From an uncultured Nitrospinaceae bacterium (lineage in GTDB: Bacteria; UBA8248): 64,000 nt of DNA. The position numbers and the translations under genes are program-made. The notes below the pieces were generated by a model. That model had not been told where the DNA came from, did not search any database, and was given only the letters and a program-made list of their open reading frames with translations. Positions 19,236-29,412 of the stretch are shown piece by piece; the stretch's first letter is position 1, and each line of letters begins with the position of its first letter. The stretch is from assembly GCA_964005815.1 (NCBI GenBank), contig CAXFSR010000009.1:69973-133972 (forward strand), read 5' to 3'.

Positions 19236-20435
19236 GCAAGCGATTCTAAAAACTTCTTCTACAGTTATTGACTGCATACAGAGATTATTCTCGCATTTCG
19301 TATTTCTATGATTAAATGCTGTAAGGCAAGGTGAACAGGGTAGCCCTGCGTAAACGATTGTAGTTCTATCTCCTAACGGAGACCATATTTTTGGCGAACC
19401 TGGTCCAAAGAGAACGATACTCTGAATATTAGTAAGAGTTGCAAAGTGTGCTGGTCCTGAATCACAAACAATCAGAAGGTCACAAAAATTAAAAAGATCG
19501 ACTAATTCAGTGAAATTCGTTTCTCCAGTAAGATCTATACATCTGGAATTTTCTAATTCTTCGATAATTAATTTAGATACTTCTTTATCTTTTTTTGTTC
19601 CAGTGAAAATTATGAAATTGTTTTCGTCCTGAAGTAATCTTTGACCAAGTTTAATATAGTTCTCTGATGGCCAGCCTCTGATAGGTAATTCTCCAGCACT
19701 AGGTGCCATAATGATGAATCGGTTTGAGCGAGAAACAGACATGTTTCTTGCTTTAAATTTTCTCCAGATATTGTTTAAATTTTCTTCTGTAGAGGAATGG
19801 ATTGGTAGTTTGATTTCACCTTCTTTTTCTATTTCGGCAATTTCTGGAGAATGTTTCTCCGGATCTTTTAAAACTTTTGGAAAAGAAAGGAATGTTTTGC
19901 TAATATGTTGAGACCAGTTGAATTGTAATTCGTGTGTAAGTAATCTTCCTCTATAAAGTCCTTCCATCTTATACTTAAAAAAACCTACTTTTTTCTTTGC
20001 ATTTGATAGAAATGTTAAGATAGACGTGATTCTAGTAAAAAATTCAAGGTCAAAAACTACGTCGAATTTTTCTCCTCTTATCTTAGACAAAATCTTCATT
20101 GCGTCTTGAAAAAGAACAAGAAAGGAATCGTCCCTAATAGTGTAAACATTCTCAGCATCTATTATTCCAAGTATATCAACACTAGGTCTATTTTTTTCAA
20201 AGATCAAGAAAGATATCTCCGACTCCGGATACTTATTTTTTATATATCGCATTGCTGGATAGGCTAAAATTGCACTACCCATTTCAGAAAGTTCTATGAA
20301 TAGAAATTTTTTTGGTTCTTCAAGTAAAACTTCCTTTTTCCAGAATAAACTGTTGATTTTATTGTAGATAGATAGAATGAAACAGATTGGAATACCTATC
20401 CAATAATCTATTCTTCTTGCAGGGGTTATATTCAT
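19209..20435 (-). CDS. Glycosyltransferase family 9 (LPS heptosyltransferase-like)
   Basis: LSEMGSAIL, RGWP..NY, DLTGETN..EL, CDSGPAHFA, LFGP, PCSPC...C..NLCM. Confidence 0.88.
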   Translation of the reverse strand: MNITPARRIDYWIGIPICFILSIYNKINSLFWKKEVLLEEPKKFLFIELSEMGSAILAYPAMRYIKNKYPESEISFLIFEKNRPSVDILGIIDAENVYTIRDDSFLVLFQDAMKILSKIRGEKFDVVFDLEFFTRITSILTFLSNAKKKVGFFKYKMEGLYRGRLLTHELQFNWSQHISKTFLSFPKVLKDPEKHSPEIAEIEKEGEIKLPIHSSTEENLNNIWRKFKARNMSVSRSNRFIIMAPSAGELPIRGWPSENYIKLGQRLLQDENNFIIFTGTKKDKEVSKLIIEELENSRCIDLTGETNFTELVDLFNFCDLLIVCDSGPAHFATLTNIQSIVLFGPGSPKIWSPLGDRTTIVYAGLPCSPCLTAFNHRNTKCENNLCMQSITVEEVFRIACKKINRDPS

Positions 20436-20448
20436 ATTTTTACAATTC

Positions 20449-22386
20449 CTAGTTAAGTACTTTTTTTAATGCTTCCAAGAGTTTTTGATTGACCTTGCCA
20501 CCAGTTTCCTGCGCTTTTTTTACCTCTATGAAAGAGCGTTTATATTTTTTTTGTTGAAAATAAATTATCGCACGGTTTGCGTAAATTTGCCCAATTTTAT
20601 TATTTATAGAAAGTGCACGATTATAGTATTTGAGAGCTTTGCTATTTTTAAAACTTATTTGATAAGCATACCCTAGGTTGTAAATAAAGTTTGCATTTGT
20701 AGGTCTCAATGAGATTGCTTTTTTGAAAACTGCTACAGCTTTTTGATTTTGTTTCTTTAAAAGGTACACTCCGCCAAGATTGTTAAAGGAATCGCTGTTT
20801 AAGGGATTTGATTTTATTGATAGAAGATAATCATTAATAGCACGTGTGTATTCTTTTCTGTGTTTAAATAGCTTTGCTCTATTAAAGTAGGCATCGGATA
20901 GAGAGAGGTGATTTTCTCTTGAAAGCATTTTTTTGTCTGAAAGATATAGTCGAATAGAAAGATTGTAGTCCTTCATTGCTTCATTAAATTGGTTCAATTT
21001 GTAGAATACTATTCCCCTGTGGTTATAGGCTTTTGGAAAAAAAGGACTTATTTTAATTGCCTTATTAAGATATGGGAGAGCTTCTTGGTAATTTTTCTGT
21101 TTGAATTTTAGAAACCCTAGGTTGTCATATGCGTGTGGAGAAATTTGAACATTTTTAACGCAGTGACTCCAAAGACTCATTTCGTTTTCCCATATTGGAA
21201 CCTGTACAAAAAAATTCCAAAAAGACAAGAAAAAAAGCATAAAAGAAATAAATACCCATTTCAATCTAGATTGAAACGTATGTAGTATGCATCCTATAAA
21301 AATAGAGATTCCTAACATAGACATATATACATATCTATCTGCTACGTTTGACCAATCTTGAAATGTGAAATTTATAAAGCCAGATACAGGGAGAATACCT
21401 ATGCAAAAAATACCCCAAGAAACTGGCAAAAAAGGAAATTTGTTTCTATATCTCCAAATAAGATAGGAGATCAAGAGTGGAAAAATCCAGGATAAATGGA
21501 ACCAGTATTCTGACATTATACGAATTGGTGTAAGTCCATATGTAGGTGCAAGAGAGAAAGGAACAATTATCTTGAAAAGATAAAAGGAAATGCTGGATAG
21601 ATAGATAAATGGCTTTATCCAAAAAGAGTAAAGCTGTGTATTGCCTTGCCCTGAAGAAGTTACAAGTACAACGAAAAGTACAGGAAGAAACCACGGCGCT
21701 ATACGAAAAAAGGAAAATTTAATTTTTGTTTTGTATATATAAGATTCAAGAATGATTATAAATAAAGGAATAACTGCGGAAGAGGGTTTGGAAAGAAGGG
21801 CAAAGATAAAACAAAGGTAGCCACCAATGTATCTAAAAGAGAGAAATCTTTTGTATTGAGTTTCATGGTTTATTGACACACTATGCAGATAAAAAATCAC
21901 TGATGAAAAACCAAAGAAAGTTGCAAGCAATCCTCGAGTTTCAGATATCCAAGAAACTGTTTCTGTCTGGAGTGGATGAACTACAAAAAAAATGGTTGCT
22001 GATAAAACAGCAAAACTATTTTTAATGATTTTGGACAGAAGAAAGAAAACTAAAAATCCATTCAGTGTATGAATAGCAATATTCGAAAAATGAAAAACAA
22101 ACGCATTCATATCTGCAGAAGAAAAAAAAGAACGGAAAATTTCTATACTTCCCCAGAACGTGTAGGGTACAGGAACATACATTCCAAGAAATTGGTTTTT
22201 CCAAAAGAATAAAATCGTCTTAAGAGATGGAGGATTTAAAAAGGAGTTTTCAACAATATTTTTTCTGTCATCCCATACAAAATCAAAATTCAATGCTTGG
22301 GAATAGACTAGCCCTGATATAATTGATAAGACAACGAGTGCAGGCCAACGTTTTGAAAAAAAGACATTTTCTTTTAAATTCGACAT
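20449..22386 (-). CDS. TMTC-like membrane protein (GT-C-type N-terminus, C-terminal TPR repeats)
   Basis: FDFVWDD, HPLQTETVSWISE, ALLSKPS, VADRYVY, W.NE.SLW, then several TPR repeats. Confidence 0.85.
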   Translation of the reverse strand: MSNLKENVFFSKRWPALVVLSIISGLVYSQALNFDFVWDDRKNIVENSFLNPPSLKTILFFWKNQFLGMYVPVPYTFWGSIEIFRSFFSSADMNAFVFHFSNIAIHTLNGFLVFFLLSKIIKNSFAVLSATIFFVVHPLQTETVSWISETRGLLATFFGFSSVIFYLHSVSINHETQYKRFLSFRYIGGYLCFIFALLSKPSSAVIPLFIIILESYIYKTKIKFSFFRIAPWFLPVLFVVLVTSSGQGNTQLYSFWIKPFIYLSSISFYLFKIIVPFSLAPTYGLTPIRIMSEYWFHLSWIFPLLISYLIWRYRNKFPFLPVSWGIFCIGILPVSGFINFTFQDWSNVADRYVYMSMLGISIFIGCILHTFQSRLKWVFISFMLFFLSFWNFFVQVPIWENEMSLWSHCVKNVQISPHAYDNLGFLKFKQKNYQEALPYLNKAIKISPFFPKAYNHRGIVFYKLNQFNEAMKDYNLSIRLYLSDKKMLSRENHLSLSDAYFNRAKLFKHRKEYTRAINDYLLSIKSNPLNSDSFNNLGGVYLLKKQNQKAVAVFKKAISLRPTNANFIYNLGYAYQISFKNSKALKYYNRALSINNKIGQIYANRAIIYFQQKKYKRSFIEVKKAQETGGKVNQKLLEALKKVLN

Positions 22387-22517
22387 GCGATATATCTCAA
22401 AAAAATTTACTTTATTCCTAAGGAATAGATGTTCTATATAAATTATTCGAATATTGTATCAGATTTTTGATATTGGTTAGCACACACATTGCAATGGTAA
22501 AATAATTTCATCTCATC

Positions 22518-23111
22518 CTAATCAACTAATTCCTTGTATCTGCATGGTATCCATTTATTTCTAAGTATCATCATATATTCTGTTTTTGTATTTTCCAGAG
22601 TATACTTTCCAAGACAAAGCCCCAACCTATTGAGTTTAATACTCGTTTTTGATCTTCTTTCGCATCCCCAATTGCTTGTTAGACCTCCCATTCCTCTGCA
22701 TACACTATGGTAAAAATCATTGAGTGTTATAAGAGTGTCAAAATCATGGTCTTTTTTTGTTTTTGGTACTTTTATGTATAGTCTTTTAAGACCAGTCGTT
22801 TTTGGGAAGGCTTTTGAAAACCAACCGAAAGCCTTTTGCTGATTTGGGTGACCCACTTTTCCATCTAAGAATATTCTCCCCAAATTGATCATGGCATAAG
22901 TATTCCCCTGTTTGGCAGATTTACGGAACCAGTAGATCGCTTTCTTGTAGTTTCGGGGTAGTCCCAGTCCAGTGAAGTAAATTTCTCCTAAACTAAATTG
23001 TGCGTGGTCGTCGCGGTTTTTTGCCAATTTAATTATGGGGGGAATAATTTCTTTCAGCATATGGAGATATCCTGCTGGAATCTCTCCTTTTTTAATTCCA
23101 TATTCTCTCAT
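22518..23111 (-). CDS. Sel1-like repeat protein (frame stays open upstream to about 23258)
   Basis: AQFSLGEIYFTGLGLPRNYKKAIYWFRKSAKQG and a second Sel1 repeat. Confidence 0.75.
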   Translation of the reverse strand: MREYGIKKGEIPAGYLHMLKEIIPPIIKLAKNRDDHAQFSLGEIYFTGLGLPRNYKKAIYWFRKSAKQGNTYAMINLGRIFLDGKVGHPNQQKAFGWFSKAFPKTTGLKRLYIKVPKTKKDHDFDTLITLNDFYHSVCRGMGGLTSNWGCERRSKTSIKLNRLGLCLGKYTLENTKTEYMMILRNKWIPCRYKELVD

Positions 23112-23416
23112 TTTATCTTGAACTTCCCAAAGCTTAGAATGTAATTCTTTGTTTACATTTTTGAGATTTTTGCTTTCTACGATATTGATGGTAGCGAATA
23201 AAAAAATGAGAGAAAGAGATCCTATTTTAAGTATTTTAGTCCTCGTTTGAGAGAGTAGTTAAAGAAAGAATAATTTTTAAGAATGAATAAAATATGAAAT
23301 CTTTTTGATTGTTATGTGAATGCCCTTAAATTTTATGTTAGGTTTCCGATGTCAAATGTAAGGTCTATCTATTGCAAAAAGTTGCGACTATTTGTAATTT
23401 ATGTTTTAGGCGAAGT

Positions 23417-23502
23417 GCCCGGGTGGTGAAATGGTAGACACACAGGACTTAAAATCCTGCGAGGGCGACCTCGTGCCAGTTCGACTCTGGCTCCGGGCAC
23501 CA
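23417..23502 (+). tRNA. tRNA-Leu (anticodon TAA)
   Basis: Acceptor stem GCCCGGG/TCCGGGC plus ACCA. D-arm GGTGAAATGGTAGACAC. Anticodon arm CAGGA-CTTAAAA-TCCTG. Long variable arm CGAGGGCGACCTCG. T-arm GCCAG-TTCGACT-CTGGC. Confidence 0.97.
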
Positions 23503-23531
23503 AGCTGTATTATTTTTTGGAGTTCTCAGTT

Positions 23532-24524
23532 ATGCCTTCCCCTGAAATTATTACAAAAGACTATTTAATCGACTCTCAAGATCCCGAAATTAAATTACAT
23601 GTTCGAGAGAAACGTCTAAAGGGAAAAAGAAAATTTACAAATTCAGAAACTTTATTAATGTGTCATGGAAGGATTGGTGCAGGCCCAATAGCATTTGATC
23701 TGCCAGTGCCGGGATATTCCTGGATGGATTACCATGCAGGGAAAGGTATGAATGTATTCACACTTTCAGTTCGGGGTTTTGGTTTTTCTTCTAGACCAAA
23801 GGAATTTTTAGAGGACCCTTTAAAAAATCCTCCTGTAATAAGAGGGAAAGAAGCGATAAAAGATATTGCTTCGGTTGTGAATTTTATTCTCAAAAAGAAA
23901 AAGATAAGAAAAATAAGTCTTTTAGGTCGTTCATGGGGGACTACTCTTTCTGCTGCTTTTGCAGCATCTAATCCTAGCAAAGTACATAAATTGGTTTTAT
24001 ATGCTCCTTACTATTCATATCATAATTCAAAAAGAGCAGCTTCTTTTGAAAATCCTAAGATTCCAGGTAAATGGGATGAAAGAAAGGGTGCATGGAGTTG
24101 GTGTACGGAGAAAGATTTGAAGAAAAGATGGTGGGGACACATTCCGGGAAACAAACATTTTCAGTGGAGAGACAAAAAAATCGTAGAGAAGTATTTTGAA
24201 GAGATGTTCAAGACGGAGACTGAGCAACATCCTAAAAATATACCAGCAGTAAGAATTTCAAATGGTTCGTTGCTGGATGCCTATGATCGTGTTTTAAATA
24301 AACCCCTTTATAATGCTTCCAAGGTAACGTGCCCCGTTCTTTTGATCTATGGAGATTACGACGGGGCGGCCAATCATGAGGAAGCTTGGGGACTTTTCCA
24401 GAAATTAAAAAATAGTAAAGGGAGAGAATATATTGTGTTCAGTGAAGGTACTCACTATATGGAACTTGAGCACAGAAGAGGGGAATTCCTCTCTACCATT
24501 CATAATTTTTTAAATTCTTCTTAA
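23532..24524 (+). CDS. Alpha/beta fold hydrolase
   Basis: HG oxyanion motif, FDLPVPGYSWMD, RGFGFS, nucleophile elbow GRSWG, GDYD, GTHY. Confidence 0.88.
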   Translation: MPSPEIITKDYLIDSQDPEIKLHVREKRLKGKRKFTNSETLLMCHGRIGAGPIAFDLPVPGYSWMDYHAGKGMNVFTLSVRGFGFSSRPKEFLEDPLKNPPVIRGKEAIKDIASVVNFILKKKKIRKISLLGRSWGTTLSAAFAASNPSKVHKLVLYAPYYSYHNSKRAASFENPKIPGKWDERKGAWSWCTEKDLKKRWWGHIPGNKHFQWRDKKIVEKYFEEMFKTETEQHPKNIPAVRISNGSLLDAYDRVLNKPLYNASKVTCPVLLIYGDYDGAANHEEAWGLFQKLKNSKGREYIVFSEGTHYMELEHRRGEFLSTIHNFLNSS

Positions 24525-24525
24525 T

Positions 24526-24954
24526 TTATTCATCTATTACGGCAGTTACTGTAACCTCGAGAAGAAGTTTTGGATGTGCTGCTAATGTTGAAATTTCAAC
24601 CGTAGTTGTTGTAGGTCTATTCTCTCCAAAATTTTCTTCCCAGATTTTATTTAAGACATCTTGATCTTGCATGTTTTTTAGGTATCTAGTTGCAGAGACT
24701 ACATCCTTGAGAGAACCTCCAGCGGTTTCTAGACTCTTTTTTATTTTATTCATAATTTCGTTTGCTTGCCCCTCCATATCATCAGGAATAGATTCGAATT
24801 CTTCTGGTCGGTGTGGATGATGGTGATACATAGGGGCTGCAGTTGTTCCTGCAAGATATATTGTTGTTCCACCTTTCACTTTAATAATGGGAATAAAGGG
24901 GGCCCATATATCTGGGGCATCTTTCCAATGTAATCTCTCTAATGTTTTCGGCAT
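24526..24954 (-). CDS. RidA/YjgF family protein with an HHHPH insertion
   Basis: IYLAG, L..AGGSLKDVV, RP..T.VE, LLLEV. ATG at 24954 follows AAGGAG. Confidence 0.85.
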   Translation of the reverse strand: MPKTLERLHWKDAPDIWAPFIPIIKVKGGTTIYLAGTTAAPMYHHHPHRPEEFESIPDDMEGQANEIMNKIKKSLETAGGSLKDVVSATRYLKNMQDQDVLNKIWEENFGENRPTTTTVEISTLAAHPKLLLEVTVTAVIDE

Positions 24955-25072
24955 AGTTTTCTCCTTAATTTTGATTTTTCTGGGAAATTTCCCCAAATAA
25001 TTTTTATCTGATAAGATAAGTATTATTCATATTACTATATTTATCTGTTTTTGTGTTTTCTTTGGAGGTAAA

Positions 25073-26251
25073 ATGGATTTCCATTTGAGTGAAGAGCAAA
25101 AAGGGCTCCAGAAGTTAGCTCGTGACTTTGCTAGAGATGAATTGATTCCAAATTGTGCTGAACTTGATCGTCTTCCTGATGGAGAAGATGTGTTTCCCTG
25201 GGATCTTGTAGAAAAGGGTTCTAAATTAGGATTTAATAATTTAGCTGTTCCAAAAGAGCATGGAGGGCATGGTGCTAGTGTATTAACTCAAGTTCTTGTG
25301 ATTGAGGAATTGTCTGCTGGAGAAGCTGCTGTTTCGAAGGTCTATAGTCATAATTGGAAGGGTATTTCTGGAATTCTAGCAGCTGCATCTGAGGAGCAGA
25401 TTGCAAGAATCCTTCCTGATTATGTAAAAGATCCAAGATATTGTATTGGAATAGGTCTTACAGAACCAAACTCAGGCAGTGATAATTCAGTTCCTTACGA
25501 TAAAAAAATTTCAGCTGGACCCATGCTTTCAGCTGTCCGAGACGGAGATTTTTACGTTCTAAACGGTATGAAACATTACATAGCACTTTCTGCACAGTGC
25601 AAATATATTTCTATTCTTGCAAGAACAGATAAAACAGTACCTTGGACAGAAGGGGTTACTGGGTTTATGGTTTTTCCTCCCCAAGATGGACTAGAGATAG
25701 GACGTCTACATGACAAAGTAGGTCTTCGTTTATATCCGCAGAATGAAGTCATTGTAAATAATCTTAGAGTTCCTGTTAGTGACCGTTTGGGAGAAGAAGG
25801 TAAATTTCACTCTAGTAGAAAGGCTGTGGTAAATATTGGAACGGTGGAGGCAACTGCGACTGCATTAGGAATAGCAAAGAGATCTTATGAACTAGCTCTT
25901 GAATATGCAAGAGAAAGAGTCCAGGGCGGGAAGCCGATAATTGAACATCAAATTATTTCTACGCTTCTCCTTGAAATGTTTACTCGACTTGAGGCTTCAC
26001 GTTCTATGCTTTGGAGGTCTGCTTGCAGTATAGATAATGGAATTGATGATGATCCCAAACTAGCTCGTGTTACGAAGGCATTTACTGTAGAGGCTTTAAA
26101 TTATATTGCAACAAAAACTGTAGAAATTTGGGGTGGTATGGGCGTTATGACGGAAGCTCCAGTTGAAAAAGTATATAGGGACGCAATTCAATTGTTTCAT
26201 ATGGGTAGTACCAATCAGGTTAATCTTATGAAGGCTATGCCTGATCTTTAG
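25073..26251 (+). CDS. Acyl-CoA dehydrogenase family protein
   Basis: GLTEPNSGSD, LNGMKHYI, YARERVQGGKPIIEHQ, WGGMG...PVEKVYRDA. Confidence 0.9.
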   Translation: MDFHLSEEQKGLQKLARDFARDELIPNCAELDRLPDGEDVFPWDLVEKGSKLGFNNLAVPKEHGGHGASVLTQVLVIEELSAGEAAVSKVYSHNWKGISGILAAASEEQIARILPDYVKDPRYCIGIGLTEPNSGSDNSVPYDKKISAGPMLSAVRDGDFYVLNGMKHYIALSAQCKYISILARTDKTVPWTEGVTGFMVFPPQDGLEIGRLHDKVGLRLYPQNEVIVNNLRVPVSDRLGEEGKFHSSRKAVVNIGTVEATATALGIAKRSYELALEYARERVQGGKPIIEHQIISTLLLEMFTRLEASRSMLWRSACSIDNGIDDDPKLARVTKAFTVEALNYIATKTVEIWGGMGVMTEAPVEKVYRDAIQLFHMGSTNQVNLMKAMPDL

Positions 26252-26283
26252 AAAAAAAGTGGAAGATTTCAAAAGGAGAAGAA

Positions 26284-26721
26284 ATGAAAGCGTATGAAAA
26301 AAAATTAGGAAGAATTTTTCAATTGCAGTTTGAGAAAGGTGATGATTTTCATCCTATTTTAAATGCGTTCGTAAAAGAAAAAAAGATTATGGCCGGAACT
26401 GTTTTTTTAATGGGCGCACTAACTCAAACAGAAATGATTTCTGGTTTTAAGACAATGGATGGATATGATGTTGATCGAAGAAGTTTTGATGATTGGAGAG
26501 AACTGATAGCTTTAGGATTTATAAGTTGGCCAGAAGAGCCACCCCCTGCATTGCTTCCTCATGAAATAGAAGCTTGGGAAAGCCCAAGCCCTTATGTTCA
26601 TATTCATATGGCTTTAAGTGGTGGTCCGGGAAACAATGAGGAAGTTCTGTGTGGACACTTAAATGGTGGAACTATTAAAGGTGGTATGACTCTTGAAATT
26701 TATGAACATCTGCATATCTAG
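26284..26721 (+). CDS. PPC domain / DUF296 family protein
   Basis: GDD, MGAL, ELIALG, HIHMAL...GHL..G...LEI. Confidence 0.8.
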   Translation: MKAYEKKLGRIFQLQFEKGDDFHPILNAFVKEKKIMAGTVFLMGALTQTEMISGFKTMDGYDVDRRSFDDWRELIALGFISWPEEPPPALLPHEIEAWESPSPYVHIHMALSGGPGNNEEVLCGHLNGGTIKGGMTLEIYEHLHI

Positions 26722-27006
26722 AATATTTAATAGATGTCACTTTAGTGCTTTAATGTAATAAATTTTATGCTTCGCAGAAAATTCAGTGTCTGAGTCTATG
26801 AACGATTCTCATAACAAGTCAGAAAATTCTCTGAGTTTTCTAAAGGTATCTATGAAAATCTCCTCTCTTTTAAAGCGATGATTGGTCTAAGTCGATGGGG
26901 CAAAACATATCTTGCAATTGGTTAGATAAGTGTCACTTAGTAGAATTAGTTCCCAATGGGTAGGAGTAGAAGTCATCCTGAATAATTATAAGACAGAAAG
27001 GAACTT

Positions 27007-28377
27007 GTGGCTGACATAACTCGTGATTTGGCAGAATTCGCTAAAGAGACTAATTTAAATAATATATCTGACAAAGTTGTTCAAGAAGTTAAGAAGTCGA
27101 TCCTTGATACTTTGGGAGTTGCTATAGCAGGTAGAAAAACTGTTGTTGCAGAAAAAATTATAAATTATGTGGGTAACGCAAAAGGGATTGGTAATTGTAC
27201 TGTCTTAGGTGAGTCTTTTAAAACTATTCCAACATTTGCAGCTCTAGCAAATGGAACAATGGGACATGCTCTAGATTTTGATGATTCAAATAAACTTCTA
27301 AATGGTCATGGGAGTGTTACAGCTTTTCCATCATCTTTAGCTCTTTCTGAAATAAAACAAAGCTCGGGCGCACAATTTTTGGAAGCCTACCTTTTAGGTT
27401 TTGAAGTAGCTTCTAAATTGGGAGCAGTGTTGAATATGGAGTTGTATGAGAATGGATGGCATCCAACTGCGGTACTTGGTTCCATTGGCTCTTGTGTTTC
27501 TTCTATACATCTCAGTGAAATTTCTATTGATGAATCCTGTTTTGCCTTAGGAATTGCATCCTCACATGCTTCTGGGTTGCGTGCTAATTTTGGGACTATG
27601 ACAAAACCATTTCACGCTGGAATGGCAGCAGAATCAGGTGTTCGTTCTGTTGAATTAGCATCTCTTGGAATGACTGCTAATCAAAATATTTTGGAAGCTG
27701 ATTCTGGGTATGTAAGTGTTTTTAGTAAATTGCAGAAAATAAAGGAAGGAGATTTTATAGGTAGTTTAGGCAATCCATTTTGTTTTGAATTCCCCGGAGT
27801 AGATATTAAACCTTACCCCTGTTGCATGTCTTCACATAACGCAATTGAAGGAATGTTTTCGATCATCAGAGAAGAAGACTTGAAGATTGAGGATGTACAA
27901 TCAATTGAGGTAGGTTTGCTAGAAAGTGGCTATCTTAACTTGAGTTATCATAAACCAAAAACTGGGTTGCAAGGAAAATTTTCTGCAGAATATATCCTCT
28001 CAAGAGTCCTTAGAGATGGTAATTTAACAATAAAAACTTTCACAGACGAACAAGTAAACGATCCGTATATTCAAAAATTTATGAATAAAATTGATGTGAA
28101 GGTTGATAGTGAATTAGAGTGGGAACACCCTCTGCCTAAACCAACTTTGTTGAAAGTTGTTTCAAAGAATGGAAAGTTGTATGAGAGAACTGTTTACACC
28201 TCTCGGGGGAAAGCAGAAATGCCTTTGTCTCTAGAAGAAGTAGAATTAAAATTTAGAGACTGTGTAGATGGTCTTCTCGACAATGAAACTGCGAATAAAG
28301 TTATTGATATGGTGAAAAATATTGAGAAAGAAGCAAGTATTGTGGACTTAACGGCATCACTTTCTTCTATAGGCTAA
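27007..28377 (+). CDS. MmgE/PrpD family protein
   Basis: HALDFDD, GWHPT, GTMTKPFHAG, IKPYPCC, GKFS. Confidence 0.9.
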   Translation: MADITRDLAEFAKETNLNNISDKVVQEVKKSILDTLGVAIAGRKTVVAEKIINYVGNAKGIGNCTVLGESFKTIPTFAALANGTMGHALDFDDSNKLLNGHGSVTAFPSSLALSEIKQSSGAQFLEAYLLGFEVASKLGAVLNMELYENGWHPTAVLGSIGSCVSSIHLSEISIDESCFALGIASSHASGLRANFGTMTKPFHAGMAAESGVRSVELASLGMTANQNILEADSGYVSVFSKLQKIKEGDFIGSLGNPFCFEFPGVDIKPYPCCMSSHNAIEGMFSIIREEDLKIEDVQSIEVGLLESGYLNLSYHKPKTGLQGKFSAEYILSRVLRDGNLTIKTFTDEQVNDPYIQKFMNKIDVKVDSELEWEHPLPKPTLLKVVSKNGKLYERTVYTSRGKAEMPLSLEEVELKFRDCVDGLLDNETANKVIDMVKNIEKEASIVDLTASLSSIG

Positions 28378-28410
28378 TCCACATTATTTTCTAAAAAAGG
28401 GGTATTTGCC

Positions 28411-29388
28411 TTGGCAACTTTTCGAACTGTAAAAAAAGTCGGTGTTATAGGAGGTGGATACGTAGGTCATGGAGTTGCACTTCAATTTGCCCAATTTGGT
28501 TATAGAGTATTGGTTTTCAATCGTTCAAAAGATGGAACGGAAAGAGCAATAGAACTACTTTCTAAGAGTTTGGAACTTAGCACACACATTGGGTTGTTTT
28601 CTGACAGTAAAAAACAAGAGATTCTTTCGTTGATTTCTTTTGAAAATGATTTTAAAAATGTAGTCCAAGAAAGCGATTTCATAATAGAGTCGACAAGTGA
28701 AAAACTAGATTTGAAAAAGAAGATTTTTTCTGAAATGGATTCTATTGCATCTCCTGATGTGATTCTTGCGAGTGAAACTTCAGGTCTTCTGCTTTCTGAA
28801 ATTGTAGAAGGACTTCAAAATCCAGAGCGATGTATTGTTACTCATAGTTATACTCCTCCATTTTTGATGCCAGTCGTAGAAGTTGTTCCAGGTGATAAGA
28901 CGAGTGATGCAACTTTGTCTAAAACAATTGAGATTCTAAGGGGGGTTGGTAAGACACCCGTGGTTTGTAAGGAGACAATAGGTCATATTGGGGTCAGATT
29001 AACAACTGCTTTGAGAAGAGAGGCTTTTCATATTATACAGGAAGGTTCGGCGACGGTTGAATCAGTAGATAAAGTTTTTAGATCTATATCAAGACTTTTT
29101 CCTGTTTTGGGAGTTTTGATGTTGTCCGATTTTTCAGGAACTGATGTTATTTCTGATGTGCATAAAAATATTCAGCCTCACTTGAATCATGAAAGAGTAA
29201 ATTCGAAGATTTTAGAAGATTTCTTAAAAGAAGGTGCCCTTGGAGTAAAAAGTGGGTTAGGCTTTTATAAATGGGAAAAAGAAGATATTAACGAAATAAT
29301 GTTGGCAAGGAACAAAGAACTTGCTCGATGGATTCATGACGCTAATGATCCAAATTTTCCAGAGATGAATGATAGAAGTTTGCCATGA
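28411..29388 (+). CDS. 3-hydroxyacyl-CoA dehydrogenase family protein (divergent)
   Basis: GGGYVGHG, IIES..EKLDLKK, H...P..MPVVEVV, GALGVKSGLGFY. Confidence 0.85.
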   Translation: MATFRTVKKVGVIGGGYVGHGVALQFAQFGYRVLVFNRSKDGTERAIELLSKSLELSTHIGLFSDSKKQEILSLISFENDFKNVVQESDFIIESTSEKLDLKKKIFSEMDSIASPDVILASETSGLLLSEIVEGLQNPERCIVTHSYTPPFLMPVVEVVPGDKTSDATLSKTIEILRGVGKTPVVCKETIGHIGVRLTTALRREAFHIIQEGSATVESVDKVFRSISRLFPVLGVLMLSDFSGTDVISDVHKNIQPHLNHERVNSKILEDFLKEGALGVKSGLGFYKWEKEDINEIMLARNKELARWIHDANDPNFPEMNDRSLP

Positions 29389-29412
29389 TATAAATTATTG
29401 GGAGAGTCATAA

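Noticed and set aside
23417..23502. tRNA with a long variable arm as a possible tRNA-Sec
   Set aside because: The anticodon is TAA and the acceptor stem is 7 bp, so this is an ordinary tRNA-Leu. No selA/B/C/D was seen in the window.
23417..24524. Integrated element at tRNA-Leu
   Set aside because: No integrase, transposase or duplicated tRNA 3' end was found. A hydrolase gene starts about 30 bp after the CCA.
26778..26881. Short ORFs in the gap before the prpD-like gene (e.g. MNDSHNKSENSLSFLKVSMKISSLLKR)
   Set aside because: No RBS and no recognisable features.
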